A stretch of 64,000 nucleotides of DNA from Gemmatimonadota bacterium (GTDB lineage: Bacteria > Gemmatimonadota > Gemmatimonadetes > Gemmatimonadales > GWC2-71-9): NCBI GenBank assembly GCA_041499375.1, contig JBGQKD010000004.1, forward strand, positions 1,137 through 65,136, given 5' to 3'. Below the pieces are notes generated by a model. That model was given only the letters and a program-made list of their open reading frames with translations, searched no databases and was not told where the DNA came from. Of this stretch, positions 17,535 to 26,771 are shown in pieces. Positions within the stretch are counted from its first letter, which is position 1. Every line of letters begins with the position of its first letter. The translations under genes were made by a program, and so were the position numbers.

Positions 17535-17977
17535 CGTTCGAGGATCAGCGTCACCGGCCCGTCGTTGACGAGTTCGACATCCATCATCGCGCCGAACTCG
17601 CCCGTCTCGACGGGCATCTTGCCGCGTGATTTCTCTTTGAGCAGCGCGACGAACTTCTCGTAGAGCGGCGTCGCGATGTTGGGAGGCGCGGCGTCGATGA
17701 AGCTGGGGCGGCGCCCTTTGCTGGCGTCGCCATACAGCGTGAACTGCGACACGACGAGCACGCCGCCGTTCACCTCCACGAGATCGCGATTCATCTTCCC
17801 TTCGGCATCGCCGAAGACGCGCAGGCCGATGATTTTCTCGGCCATCCATGCCAGCTGCACATCGGTATCGGTGGGCGAGAAGCCGACAAGCACAAGAAAG
17901 CCGGGCCCGATCTTCCCGGTAACCCGGCTTTCCACGCGAACCTCAGCCCGTTTGACGCACTGGAGGACGACTCTCAC
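17531..17977 (-). CDS. dtd: D-aminoacyl-tRNA deacylase
   Basis: Only the C-terminal 149 aa of ORF 17531..19090 are Dtd-like (MRVVLQCVKRAEVRV...SQFTLYGD...GAMMDVELVNDGPVT). GTG 17977 overlaps the glmS stop (GTGA). Confidence 0.92.
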   Translation of the reverse strand: MRVVLQCVKRAEVRVESRVTGKIGPGFLVLVGFSPTDTDVQLAWMAEKIIGLRVFGDAEGKMNRDLVEVNGGVLVVSQFTLYGDASKGRRPSFIDAAPPNIATPLYEKFVALLKEKSRGKMPVETGEFGAMMDVELVNDGPVTLILER

Positions 17978-19803
17978 TCGACAGTGACGCTTTTGGCCAG
18001 GTTCCTGGGTTGATCGACGTTGCAGCCACGACGGACGGCGATGTAGTACGCGAGCAACTGCAAGGGAACCACGCTCAGCACCGGCGTCAACAGATCGAGA
18101 GTCTCGGGAATCTCGATGCGGTGGTCCGCCAGTTTGTCGAGCGCCGTGTCGCCCTCGGTCACGATCGCGATCACGCGGCCGCCGCGCGCCTTCACCTCTT
18201 CGATGTTGCTCACGACCTTTTGATGCACGCCGTCCTTGGGCGCGATGAAGACGACCGGCATCAGATCGTCGATCAGGGCGATCGGGCCGTGCTTCATTTC
18301 GGCCGCCGGATAGCCCTCGGCATGGATATAGGAGATTTCCTTCAGCTTGAGTGCCCCCTCGAGCGCGACCGGGAAATTGTAGCCGCGGCCCAGGTAGAGC
18401 ACGTTTTGGGCCCGCACCAGCCGCTCGGCGATCTGCTCGACCTGGGGCGCCTTGGTGAGCACGCGACTCACCAGCTCCGGCAGCTTGGCCAGCGCCCGCA
18501 CTACCTCGCGTCCCTGCAGGATGGAGAGGGCGCGCAGCCGGCCCATTTTGAGGGTCAATAGCGCCAGCGCGACGATCTGACTGGTGAACGCCTTGGTGCT
18601 CGCGACGCCGATCTCGGGGCCGGCGTGGAGATAGATGCCGCCGTCCACTTCTCGGGCGATCGTGCTGCCCACGACGTTGACGAGTCCCAGCGTCCGGGCG
18701 CCGCGCCGCTTGGCTTCGCGCAAGGCGGCCAGCGTGTCGGCCGTTTCGCCCGATTGGGAAATGCCGATCACGAGGGTGCGCTCGTCGACGATCGGGTTCC
18801 GGTAGCGAAACTCCGATGCGTACTCGACTTCCGTCGGGATGCGCGCCAGCTCCTCCATCATGTATTCGCCGATCAGCGCCGAATGCCACGACGTGCCGCA
18901 CGCGGTGATCACGATGCGCTGCACCTTGAGCAGCTCTTCGTCGCCGATGTTCAGGCCGCCGAAGCGGACCGTGCCTTCTTCCTCTAGCAGCCGCCCGCGC
19001 AGCGTGTTTCGTACGCTCTCGGGTTGCTCCATGATCTCCTTGAGCATGAAGTGCGCGTAGCCACCGCGCTCGATGGTCGCCAGGTCCCACTCCACGTGCG
19101 TCACAGCTTTTTCTTTCTCCGCCGACGCGAGATCCATGATGCGGTAATCGGTAGGCTTTACCTCGGCGATGTCGCCATCGTCCAGGTAGACGACCGACCG
19201 CGTGTACGCGAGGACCGCCGACGCATCGGAGGCGACAAAATTCTCCCCGTTGCCGATCGCCACGAGCAACGGCGATCCGCGCCGCGCGGCGACCAGCGTT
19301 TCGGGCTCACGGCTCGAGATCACCGCGATGCCGTAGGTCCCTTCGACCTGGCGCAGTGCCTCGGCGGTCGCGTCCACCAGCGACGCTCCCCTGGTATGCG
19401 CTTCCTCGATCAAGTGGGAGAGGACTTCGGTGTCGGTCTCGGAGCGGAAGACATGGCCGCGCTTGGTGAGGGCCTGCCGCAGCGCTCCGGAGTTCTCGAT
19501 GATGCCGTTGTGCACGACGGCGAGGGTGCCACCGCAGTCCGCATGCGGATGGGCGTTGGCGGTGTTCGGTGCGCCGTGCGTCGCCCAGCGCGTGTGCGCG
19601 ATCGCGGTCGTGCCTTCGGGCAGCTTGCTGCCGAGCTCGCGCTCGAGCACGGCGATCTTTCCGGGTGCGCGGAATATCTCGAGGCCGCCGTTGACGACGG
19701 CCAGACCCGCCGAGTCGTATCCGCGATACTCGAGACGCTTCAGCCCCTCGAGCACGACGGGCGCCGCCATTCGTTTGCCGACGTACCCTACGATGCCGCA
19801 CAT
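17974..19803 (-). CDS. glmS: glutamine--fructose-6-phosphate aminotransferase
   Basis: MCGIVGYVG Ntn amidotransferase start, two SIS domains, C-terminal NLAKSVTVE. Confidence 0.97.
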   Translation of the reverse strand: MCGIVGYVGKRMAAPVVLEGLKRLEYRGYDSAGLAVVNGGLEIFRAPGKIAVLERELGSKLPEGTTAIAHTRWATHGAPNTANAHPHADCGGTLAVVHNGIIENSGALRQALTKRGHVFRSETDTEVLSHLIEEAHTRGASLVDATAEALRQVEGTYGIAVISSREPETLVAARRGSPLLVAIGNGENFVASDASAVLAYTRSVVYLDDGDIAEVKPTDYRIMDLASAEKEKAVTHVEWDLATIERGGYAHFMLKEIMEQPESVRNTLRGRLLEEEGTVRFGGLNIGDEELLKVQRIVITACGTSWHSALIGEYMMEELARIPTEVEYASEFRYRNPIVDERTLVIGISQSGETADTLAALREAKRRGARTLGLVNVVGSTIAREVDGGIYLHAGPEIGVASTKAFTSQIVALALLTLKMGRLRALSILQGREVVRALAKLPELVSRVLTKAPQVEQIAERLVRAQNVLYLGRGYNFPVALEGALKLKEISYIHAEGYPAAEMKHGPIALIDDLMPVVFIAPKDGVHQKVVSNIEEVKARGGRVIAIVTEGDTALDKLADHRIEIPETLDLLTPVLSVVPLQLLAYYIAVRRGCNVDQPRNLAKSVTVE

Positions 19804-21158
19804 AACCGCCGCCCCTCTTCTATCAGACGTTCAGCGTCAGCGCTCGACGGCGCTTCCGCGATCAGTCGAATGATCGGCTCGGTGCCGGAGGGCCGCACAT
19901 GCAGCCAGCGATCCCGCCACGCGAGCCGTAAACCATCCTGCGTGTCGACGTCCGCCTCCGGGAAACGCCTGCGCAGCGCCGCATAGACTTCAGGCATCTG
20001 TTCCGCGTTTCGCGTTCCCCGTTCCACCTTGGCCTTTATGATCGTGTAACGGGGCGCGCGAGCAACCAGCTCACTCACCGAGATGCGCTCGCGCGTCAGC
20101 AGCGACAGCACCAGCGCCCCAGCCACCGGCGCATCGCGACCGACATGCAGTGCCGGATACATCACTCCACCATTCCCCTCACCGCCGATCACCGCCTTGA
20201 GCTCGATGATCTTCCTTGCGACGTAAGCCTCGCCGACCGGTGCCCTCACAACCTTCGCCCCGAACTCGCGCGCCGCGTCTTCGACCACCAGCGACGTCGA
20301 CAAATTGCAGACGACGGTCTGACGGCCGGACGGCCGGACGGCCCTGATCGCAAAGGCGAGGGTGTAATCCTCTCCGATGGGTCGTCCCTTCTCATCCACT
20401 ACTGCCAGTCGATCGACATCCGGGTCGACCGCAATTCCGATGTCCGCCTTCTTTCGTCGCACCAGCGCGCCGAGGGCCTTCAAGTTTTCAGGCACCGGCT
20501 CGGGCGGCCGAGGAAACAGGCCGTCGGTTTCCAGATTTATCGCTGCGACGCGACAACCGAGCCGCTCGAGCAGCTCCGGCATCAGCGCACCGCCGGCGCC
20601 GCGCACGGTGTCGAGCGCGACGCGGAAGCGCCGCCGCCGGATCGCCCGAACATCAACTCCGCGAAGCGCGAGCACGGCGGCGAGGTGGCGGGAAATCGCC
20701 TCCGCATCCGCCTGCACCCCACCGATCGCATTGTACTTGGCTCGCGGCAGGGAATCCCCCGCCGCCAGTTCGCGTACCCGCGTGCCCGCTACACTATCAA
20801 GAAAGATGCCATCGGGACCGACGAACTTGAGCGCGTTCCATTCGATGGGATTGTGGCTGGCGGTGAGGATGATGCCGCCGGCGGCCCGATGGTGCTCGAC
20901 GGCGAGTTGGACCGTGGGTGTTGCGACGAGGCCGACATCGATGACGTCACACCCCACCGAGTTAAGACCAGCGGTGGCTGCGCTGGCGAACATGGGGCCC
21001 GATGTTCGCGCATCCCGTCCCACGACGATGCGGTTGCGCTTCCCGTTTTTCGCCCAGGTGCCGAACGCGGCAGCCCAGCGAGCCACCACCTCGGGAGTGA
21101 GGTCCAAACCGACCAGACCTCGGACTCCCGACACACTCACCATCAGCGTGTCAGACAT
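19788..21158 (-). CDS. glmM: phosphoglucosamine mutase (phosphohexomutase family)
   Basis: Trimmed to ATG 21158 (MSDTLMVSVSGVRG). Active-site loop TASHNP. Directly upstream of glmS with a 16-nt overlap. Confidence 0.82.
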   Translation of the reverse strand: MSDTLMVSVSGVRGLVGLDLTPEVVARWAAAFGTWAKNGKRNRIVVGRDARTSGPMFASAATAGLNSVGCDVIDVGLVATPTVQLAVEHHRAAGGIILTASHNPIEWNALKFVGPDGIFLDSVAGTRVRELAAGDSLPRAKYNAIGGVQADAEAISRHLAAVLALRGVDVRAIRRRRFRVALDTVRGAGGALMPELLERLGCRVAAINLETDGLFPRPPEPVPENLKALGALVRRKKADIGIAVDPDVDRLAVVDEKGRPIGEDYTLAFAIRAVRPSGRQTVVCNLSTSLVVEDAAREFGAKVVRAPVGEAYVARKIIELKAVIGGEGNGGVMYPALHVGRDAPVAGALVLSLLTRERISVSELVARAPRYTIIKAKVERGTRNAEQMPEVYAALRRRFPEADVDTQDGLRLAWRDRWLHVRPSGTEPIIRLIAEAPSSADAERLIEEGRRLCAAS

Positions 21159-21180
21159 GAACGCCAATTTAATGTAGGAA

Positions 21181-22299
21181 TCAGGCCCTACGCGCTTCCA
21201 TGGCGCGGGTAGGCAGCCGCAGGGGCTGGAGCTGCGGCGTCGGAATGGGCAGCGACGCTCCCTCCGCAAACGCGCGCAGGAACGCCTTGACTATCTCCGC
21301 ATCGAACTGGACGCCCTGCCCTTCCTCGAGCTCCCGCATCGCGTGTTTCACCGGGAGCGAGGGGCGATAGGGCCGCACGCTCGTCATCGCGTCAAAGGCG
21401 TCAGCGACGCTGACGAGCCGAGCCTCGAAGGGGATCTGGTCGCCCTTCAAGCTGTCGGGGGAGCCGGTGCCGTCGAGCCGCTCGTGATGCGAGCGCACGA
21501 TCGACAGCGCGCCGGGGGCATCGCGCATGAGCGGCCCCAGAATGCGCGCGCCGATCACCGTATGCTCCATGATGTGACGGTACTCGGCGTCGGTCAGCTT
21601 GCCCGCCTTGTGCAGCACGCTCTCGCTGACGCCGATCTTGCCGACGTCATGCAGCTCCGCGCCGAGCGCGATCGTATCGATGAGATCTTTATCGAGGCCG
21701 AGTGCGCGGGCGATCTCGACGGAATAATTGGCAACGCGCATCGAATGACCGCGCGTGTACGCGTCCTTCGCTTCGAGCGCGAAGACGAGCGCGTGCACGC
21801 CCTCGAGAAACAGCTCTTCGATGCGCCGGGCCTGCGCCTCGACGCGCTCTTCGAGACCCTGCTGGTAGTTGCGGTTTTCGATGATGAGCCGGCGCTTGTC
21901 GAGCGCCTGCGAAACGCGCGCCCGCACTTCGTCGAGATGAAACGGCTTTGCGACGTAGTCGAGCGCGCCCATTTGCAGGCAGGCCACTGCGCTCTCGACT
22001 TCGGCCACGGCGGTCACCACGATGACGGCCGTCTCCGGCCAGCGTGTCGTGATCTCGCGCAGCAGCGTGACCCCGTCCATTTCCGGCATCCGCAGGTCGG
22101 AGATGACGAGCGGCACCGCTCCCTTCTCGAGCTCCCGCAACGCCTCGACACCGGAGCCGGCTTCGGCGCACGCGAAGCCTTCGCCCTCGAGCAACCGGAC
22201 GAGCACGCGGCGCAAACGCGGCTCGTCGTCGACGACGAGACAGCGCATTCCGGAGAAGGGTGGCATGGCCCCGCCAAAGTAAAGGTCGCTTGCCCCCAA
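21181..22299 (-). CDS. response regulator with HD-GYP-type phosphodiesterase domain (GYP replaced by GSP)
   Basis: REC (MRCLVVDDEP, VISDLRMPEMDG, AKPF). HD domain (HSMRVANY, LHDVGKIGV, HHERLDGTGSPDSLKG). Start could be 22299, 22266 or 22248. Confidence 0.88.
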   Translation of the reverse strand: MGASDLYFGGAMPPFSGMRCLVVDDEPRLRRVLVRLLEGEGFACAEAGSGVEALRELEKGAVPLVISDLRMPEMDGVTLLREITTRWPETAVIVVTAVAEVESAVACLQMGALDYVAKPFHLDEVRARVSQALDKRRLIIENRNYQQGLEERVEAQARRIEELFLEGVHALVFALEAKDAYTRGHSMRVANYSVEIARALGLDKDLIDTIALGAELHDVGKIGVSESVLHKAGKLTDAEYRHIMEHTVIGARILGPLMRDAPGALSIVRSHHERLDGTGSPDSLKGDQIPFEARLVSVADAFDAMTSVRPYRPSLPVKHAMRELEEGQGVQFDAEIVKAFLRAFAEGASLPIPTPQLQPLRLPTRAMEARRA

Positions 22300-22324
22300 G
22301 GAAAGCCGCCCTTACGTTCCGGCC

Positions 22325-23494
22325 ATGACGCGAGTCGTCGAACGTGACCTATCACACCGGATTGCGACACGCGCCGTGCACGCCGGCTACCTAGGGGATC
22401 CCCTGAGCGGCGCCATTATGGGGCCTATCTATCAGACGTCTACCTACATCCAGGAAGGGCTGGGGCGCAACAAAGGCTACGAGTACGCGCGCACGCGCAA
22501 CCCCACGCGCGAGGCGCTCGAGCGCAACGTCGCCGCCCTCGAAGGCGGTGTGCATGGGTTCGCGTTTGGGTCAGGGTTAGCGGCGCTCGATGCGGTGATG
22601 AAGTTGCTGTCGGCCGGCGATCACGTCGTGAGCGGCGAGAACGTGTACGGCGGCTCCCACCGGCAGATGACGCACATCTGGTCGCGCCTCGGCCTCACGT
22701 TCACGTTCGTGGACGGCGGCGACACGCGGGCAGTCGCGGCCGCCGTCACGCCGAACACCAAAATCGTGTACGCCGAGACGCCCACCAATCCGATGATGCG
22801 ACTGTGCGATCTCGCGGCGACCGGCGAGATTGCACGCAAGGCCAAAGCATTGTTCGTCGTCGACAACACCTTCGCGACCCCCTATTTCCAGCAGCCGCTG
22901 CAGCTCGGCGCCGATATCGCCCTCCACTCGACGACCAAGTACTTGAACGGCCATTCCGACATGGTGGGCGGCATGCTCGTCGCGACCCGCGACGACGTCG
23001 CCGAGCGGCTCGCGTTCATTCAGAACTCGTCCGGTGCCGTGCCGGGGCCGTTCGACTGCTGGCTGGCGCTGCGCGGCACCAAGACCCTGGCGCTGCGCAT
23101 GCGCCAGCACGATGCGAACGGCCGGCGCGTCGCGGAGTGGCTGGAGAAGCATCCCCGTGTGCAACGGGTGTATTATCCGGGACTGCGCTCGCATCCCCAG
23201 CACGAGCTCGCCGGCCGTCAGATGAAGGGATTCGGCGGGATGTTGAGCATCGAGCTGGGCGACACCGCGTTTGCGCGCCGCTTCGTTGAGCGCACCAAGA
23301 TCTTCGCGCTCGCCGAGTCGCTGGGCGGCGTCGAGAGCCTGATCGGACATCCGGCGTCGATGACGCACGCGAGCGTGCCGCCCGAGATGCGGCGCCGCAT
23401 GGGATTGACCGACAGCCTGGTCCGCCTGTCGGTCGGAATCGAGGATGTGGAGGATCTGATCGGGGATTTGGATCAAGCGTTGGCTGATGATTAG
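22325..23494 (+). CDS. Cys/Met-metabolism PLP-dependent enzyme (cystathionine gamma-synthase/lyase family)
   Basis: YARTRNPTREALE, STTKYLNGHSDMVGG (PLP lysine), ESLGGVESLI. Confidence 0.9.
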   Translation: MTRVVERDLSHRIATRAVHAGYLGDPLSGAIMGPIYQTSTYIQEGLGRNKGYEYARTRNPTREALERNVAALEGGVHGFAFGSGLAALDAVMKLLSAGDHVVSGENVYGGSHRQMTHIWSRLGLTFTFVDGGDTRAVAAAVTPNTKIVYAETPTNPMMRLCDLAATGEIARKAKALFVVDNTFATPYFQQPLQLGADIALHSTTKYLNGHSDMVGGMLVATRDDVAERLAFIQNSSGAVPGPFDCWLALRGTKTLALRMRQHDANGRRVAEWLEKHPRVQRVYYPGLRSHPQHELAGRQMKGFGGMLSIELGDTAFARRFVERTKIFALAESLGGVESLIGHPASMTHASVPPEMRRRMGLTDSLVRLSVGIEDVEDLIGDLDQALADD

Positions 23495-23502
23495 CGTGTG
23501 AT

Positions 23503-23534
23503 GTAGGGGCGCAGCATGCTGCGCCCCTACACGA
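23503..23534. repeat. REP-like perfect palindrome, copy 1 (GTAGGGGCGCAGCATGCTGCGCCCCTAC+ACGA)
   Basis: The 28-nt perfect palindrome starts 8 nt after the stop at 23494. The 32 nt are identical to 26722..26753. Confidence 0.9.
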
Positions 23535-23587
23535 AACATGCGATTCCCCAGCCCGTACGTGAGGGAATCCATTCGCAGGAGCGAGGC

Positions 23588-24589
23588 ATGACCGAACCGA
23601 CGAATACCCTTCCCGCGGCGCGTCCGCGGAAAGTCCTGACCCAGATTGCTGCCGTCTCGTGGGAGCATCCGGCGGATCGCGCGGCGCTGCAGTCGCTGCG
23701 CTCCATCCCCGGATTCGACCAGGTCGTGAAGAAGATCTACGGATTCATCGGCGAGCGCGGCATCCGGCTGCTGTTCCAGGCGGACGCCGTGCGCGTCGGG
23801 CCGAGGCAGTTTCCGCGCCTCAACGAGCTGTACACCGACGTGCTGACGACGATGGATTGGGACCCCCGACCAGATCTGTACGTGTCCCAGACGCCGTTCG
23901 TCAACGCGGGCGCCTACGGGATGGACCGGCCGTTCATCGTCATCAATTCGGGCGCGCTGAAGCTGCTCGACGACGACGAGATGCGGACGCTGCTGGGCCA
24001 CGAGCTGGGCCACGTGATGAGCGGGCACGCGCTGTACGTCACGATCCTGATCCTGATCCTCAACTTCAGTTTCTCGACGTTACCGTTCCTCGCGGGCATC
24101 GCCCTGCTGCCCATCCGGATCGCGCTGCTCGAGTGGTTCCGGAAGAGCGAGCTCTCGTCCGATCGCGCGGGTCTCCTGGCGGTCCAGGATCCGCACGCCG
24201 CGATGCGCATGCATCTCAAGATGGCGGGCGGCGGCGACATGAAGCAAATGAACCTCGACGAGTTCCTCGTGCAGGCCAAGGAATACGAAGAATCGGGGGG
24301 CGCGCTCGACCGGATCTTCCAGATCCTCAACACGCTCGAGCGCACGCATCCGTTCAGCACGCTGCGCGCCGCCGAGCTGCAGCGCTGGATCGGCGCCGGC
24401 CAGTACGAGCGCATCCTGAACGGCGAGTACACGCGGCGCGGCCCCGACGCCGACAATCGGCCGATCGACAAGGACATCGATGAGGCGCGCGAGCACTATA
24501 TGAAGGAAGCGAAGGCCGTCGTGAACGACGTGGTTGACTCCGCCAAGCGAGCCGCCCAGGCGTTTACGGACGCATTCAAGAAGAGGTGA
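23588..24589 (+). CDS. M48-family zinc metallopeptidase
   Basis: Trimmed to ATG 23588, preceded by AGGAGCGAGGC. HELGHVMSGH zinc motif and hydrophobic helices. The upstream part of ORF 23516.. is created by the palindrome. Confidence 0.85.
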   Translation: MTEPTNTLPAARPRKVLTQIAAVSWEHPADRAALQSLRSIPGFDQVVKKIYGFIGERGIRLLFQADAVRVGPRQFPRLNELYTDVLTTMDWDPRPDLYVSQTPFVNAGAYGMDRPFIVINSGALKLLDDDEMRTLLGHELGHVMSGHALYVTILILILNFSFSTLPFLAGIALLPIRIALLEWFRKSELSSDRAGLLAVQDPHAAMRMHLKMAGGGDMKQMNLDEFLVQAKEYEESGGALDRIFQILNTLERTHPFSTLRAAELQRWIGAGQYERILNGEYTRRGPDADNRPIDKDIDEAREHYMKEAKAVVNDVVDSAKRAAQAFTDAFKKR

Positions 24590-25896
24590 AAGTACTGGTC
24601 GTCGGAGGCGGCGGCCGCGAACATGCCCTCTGCTGGGCACTGCGTCGCGACGCCGCCTCTGCCTTTTCCGACGACCTGACGTTGTTCGCTGCACCGGGCA
24701 ATCCCGGCACCGCCGCGCTCGCCACCAATCTCTCCATCCCCGCCACCGCCGTCGATCAGCTCGTCGCGGCCGTTCTGCGGCACGACATCGACGTCACGGT
24801 CATCGGTCCGGAGGCGCCGCTCGCCGAAGGCCTAGCGGACCGGCTGCGTGAACAAGGGCGCGCCGTGTTCGGCCCGTCGGCGGCTGCGGCGCAGCTCGAG
24901 TCGTCCAAAGCGTACGCCAAAGAGGTGATGCGACGCGCGGGTGTCCCCACGGCGGCGAGCGCCACATTCGTTGAGGAAACACAGGCACTCGACTACATCG
25001 CCAGCCACGCCGAGCCGCTCGTCGTGAAAGCGTCGGGGCTCGCGGCCGGCAAGGGAGCGGTGGTGTGTAGAACGCGCGCGGACGCCGCCGCCGTCGCCCG
25101 CGCCATGCTCGCCGGCTCCCTCGGCGAATCCGGCAGAGAGATCGTGATCGAGGAGTTCCTCGAGGGCGAAGAGCTGTCCGTACTGGCGCTGACGGACGGT
25201 GAGCGCATCGTCCTCCTGCCGCCCGCTCAGGATCACAAGCGACTGGGTGAAGGGGACACCGGGCCGAACACCGGCGGAATGGGCGCCTACTGTCCGGTCG
25301 GTATCGCCACCGAGCCGCTGCTCGCGCGCGTGCGCGCGGACGTCTTCGAGCCCGTCCTGCGCGAGGTGGCCGCGCAAGGCGCTCCCTATGAGGGAGTGCT
25401 CTACGCGGGTCTGATGATCCTCCCCGACCGCACGCCGTCGGTGCTCGAATTCAACGCGCGCTTCGGCGATCCGGAGACTCAGGTGCTGCTGCCCGCGCTG
25501 TTACCCGGATTCAGCGAGCATATCGCGGCGATTGCGCAGCGGCGCTGGAACCCCGTGGCGAGCCAGAAGGCGTTGACGGTCGAGCGGGCCGCGGTCACCA
25601 CCGTCCTGGCCGCGCGCGGGTATCCCGACAATCCGGAGAAAGGCGCGGCGATCCTGCTTCCCGACGCGGCGGACCTCGGCGACGATGTGATCGTTTTTCA
25701 CGCCGGAACCTATCGCGATAACGAAGGAAGACTGCGGACCTCCAGTGGCCGCGTGCTGAGTGTGACTGGTCTTGGTCCCACCGTAGCGCTCGCCGCGCAG
25801 GCGAGCCGTGGCGCAGCCGAGCGCATTTCCTTTGAGGGCAAGACCTGGCGGCGCGACGTCGCCTGGCGCGAGATCCAGCGTGCCGGAGCTGCCTGA
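24586..25896 (+). CDS. purD: phosphoribosylamine--glycine ligase
   Basis: MKVLVVGGGGREHAL, ATP-grasp core, EFNARFGDPETQ. GTGA overlap with the M48 gene. Confidence 0.96.
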   Translation: MKVLVVGGGGREHALCWALRRDAASAFSDDLTLFAAPGNPGTAALATNLSIPATAVDQLVAAVLRHDIDVTVIGPEAPLAEGLADRLREQGRAVFGPSAAAAQLESSKAYAKEVMRRAGVPTAASATFVEETQALDYIASHAEPLVVKASGLAAGKGAVVCRTRADAAAVARAMLAGSLGESGREIVIEEFLEGEELSVLALTDGERIVLLPPAQDHKRLGEGDTGPNTGGMGAYCPVGIATEPLLARVRADVFEPVLREVAAQGAPYEGVLYAGLMILPDRTPSVLEFNARFGDPETQVLLPALLPGFSEHIAAIAQRRWNPVASQKALTVERAAVTTVLAARGYPDNPEKGAAILLPDAADLGDDVIVFHAGTYRDNEGRLRTSSGRVLSVTGLGPTVALAAQASRGAAERISFEGKTWRRDVAWREIQRAGAA

Positions 25897-26707
25897 AGTC
25901 GAGACGATCGTCCGCGAGATCGCGCCCGTGCTCGAAGGGTGCCGCATCGCCCGCGTGGAGCTGAAGAAAACCGATGTGTTGCGCCAGGTCTCCAAGGCGC
26001 GCCTGATCAAGACGCTGCGCGGCAACACCATCGAGCAGGTGTACCGCCGGGCGAAGCACGCCGTGCTTCGATTGTCCTCCGGGCATCGCATGATCATCCA
26101 GCCGCGCATGACCGGATCGCTCCTCGTCTACGAACGGCAGCTGACTCGGGACGAGGCGAAGTACGCCGTCCTGATCTGCACGCTGACCGACGGGCGCAGG
26201 TTCGTGTACCGCGACGTGCGCCGGCTCGGCACGATCTGGCTGCTCGAGGAAACTGGCTGGATCGCCTACACTGGCCGGCTCGGCCCCGAGCCGCTCGAAG
26301 AGACGTTCACACCGTTCGTCTTCGCCGATCGGCTGAGGGGCACGCGCACCGCGGTCAAGAAAGCGATCATGGACCAGCGGCGGCTGGCCGGCGTGGGAAA
26401 CATCTACGCCAATGAAGCGCTGTTCGATGCCAGGCTCGATCCGGCGACACCCACAAATAAATTGTCGCTCGAGGAATTCGCCCGATTGCACGCCGCGATC
26501 GTTGACGTCCTGCAACGGGCACTCGCGTCGTCCGGGACGACACTGCGCGACTATCGCACGGGCAGAGGCGAGCGCGGGCGGTTTCAGTTCAAGTTACGGG
26601 TGTATGGACGAGGCGGGGAGAAGTGCGTGAACTGCGGCAGGAAGCTCGTGATGACGCACGAGATCGACAGGCGGCAGACGGTTTTGTGTCGGAGATGCCA
26701 GAAATAG
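25880..26707 (+). CDS. mutM: formamidopyrimidine-DNA glycosylase
   Basis: Trimmed to GTG 25880, giving (M)PELPEVETI. C-terminal zinc finger CVNCG..CRRCQ. Overlaps purD by 17 nt. Confidence 0.93.
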   Translation: MPELPEVETIVREIAPVLEGCRIARVELKKTDVLRQVSKARLIKTLRGNTIEQVYRRAKHAVLRLSSGHRMIIQPRMTGSLLVYERQLTRDEAKYAVLICTLTDGRRFVYRDVRRLGTIWLLEETGWIAYTGRLGPEPLEETFTPFVFADRLRGTRTAVKKAIMDQRRLAGVGNIYANEALFDARLDPATPTNKLSLEEFARLHAAIVDVLQRALASSGTTLRDYRTGRGERGRFQFKLRVYGRGGEKCVNCGRKLVMTHEIDRRQTVLCRRCQK

Positions 26708-26721
26708 GCTGATCAAAAACA

Positions 26722-26753
26722 GTAGGGGCGCAGCATGCTGCGCCCCTACACGA
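26722..26753. repeat. REP-like perfect palindrome, copy 2
   Basis: 32 nt identical to 23503..23534. Lies between the convergent mutM and DUF1854 genes. Confidence 0.9.
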
Positions 26754-26771
26754 CTCCACACCGACAATCGT

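Noticed and set aside
19804-21180. glmS ribozyme or other leader upstream of glmS; also SAM, T-box or purine riboswitches upstream of the PLP enzyme, trpE, purD and guaB.
   Set aside because: glmS overlaps glmM by 16 nt. The other genes have 8-25 nt upstream gaps or overlaps, so there is no room for such elements.
23516-23587. ORF starts reading MLRPYT... at 23516 and 26735.
   Set aside because: Both ATGs are the central CATG of the palindromic repeat. The real M48 gene starts at ATG 23588, which has an AGGAG site. The 26735 ORF is antisense to the DUF1854 gene.
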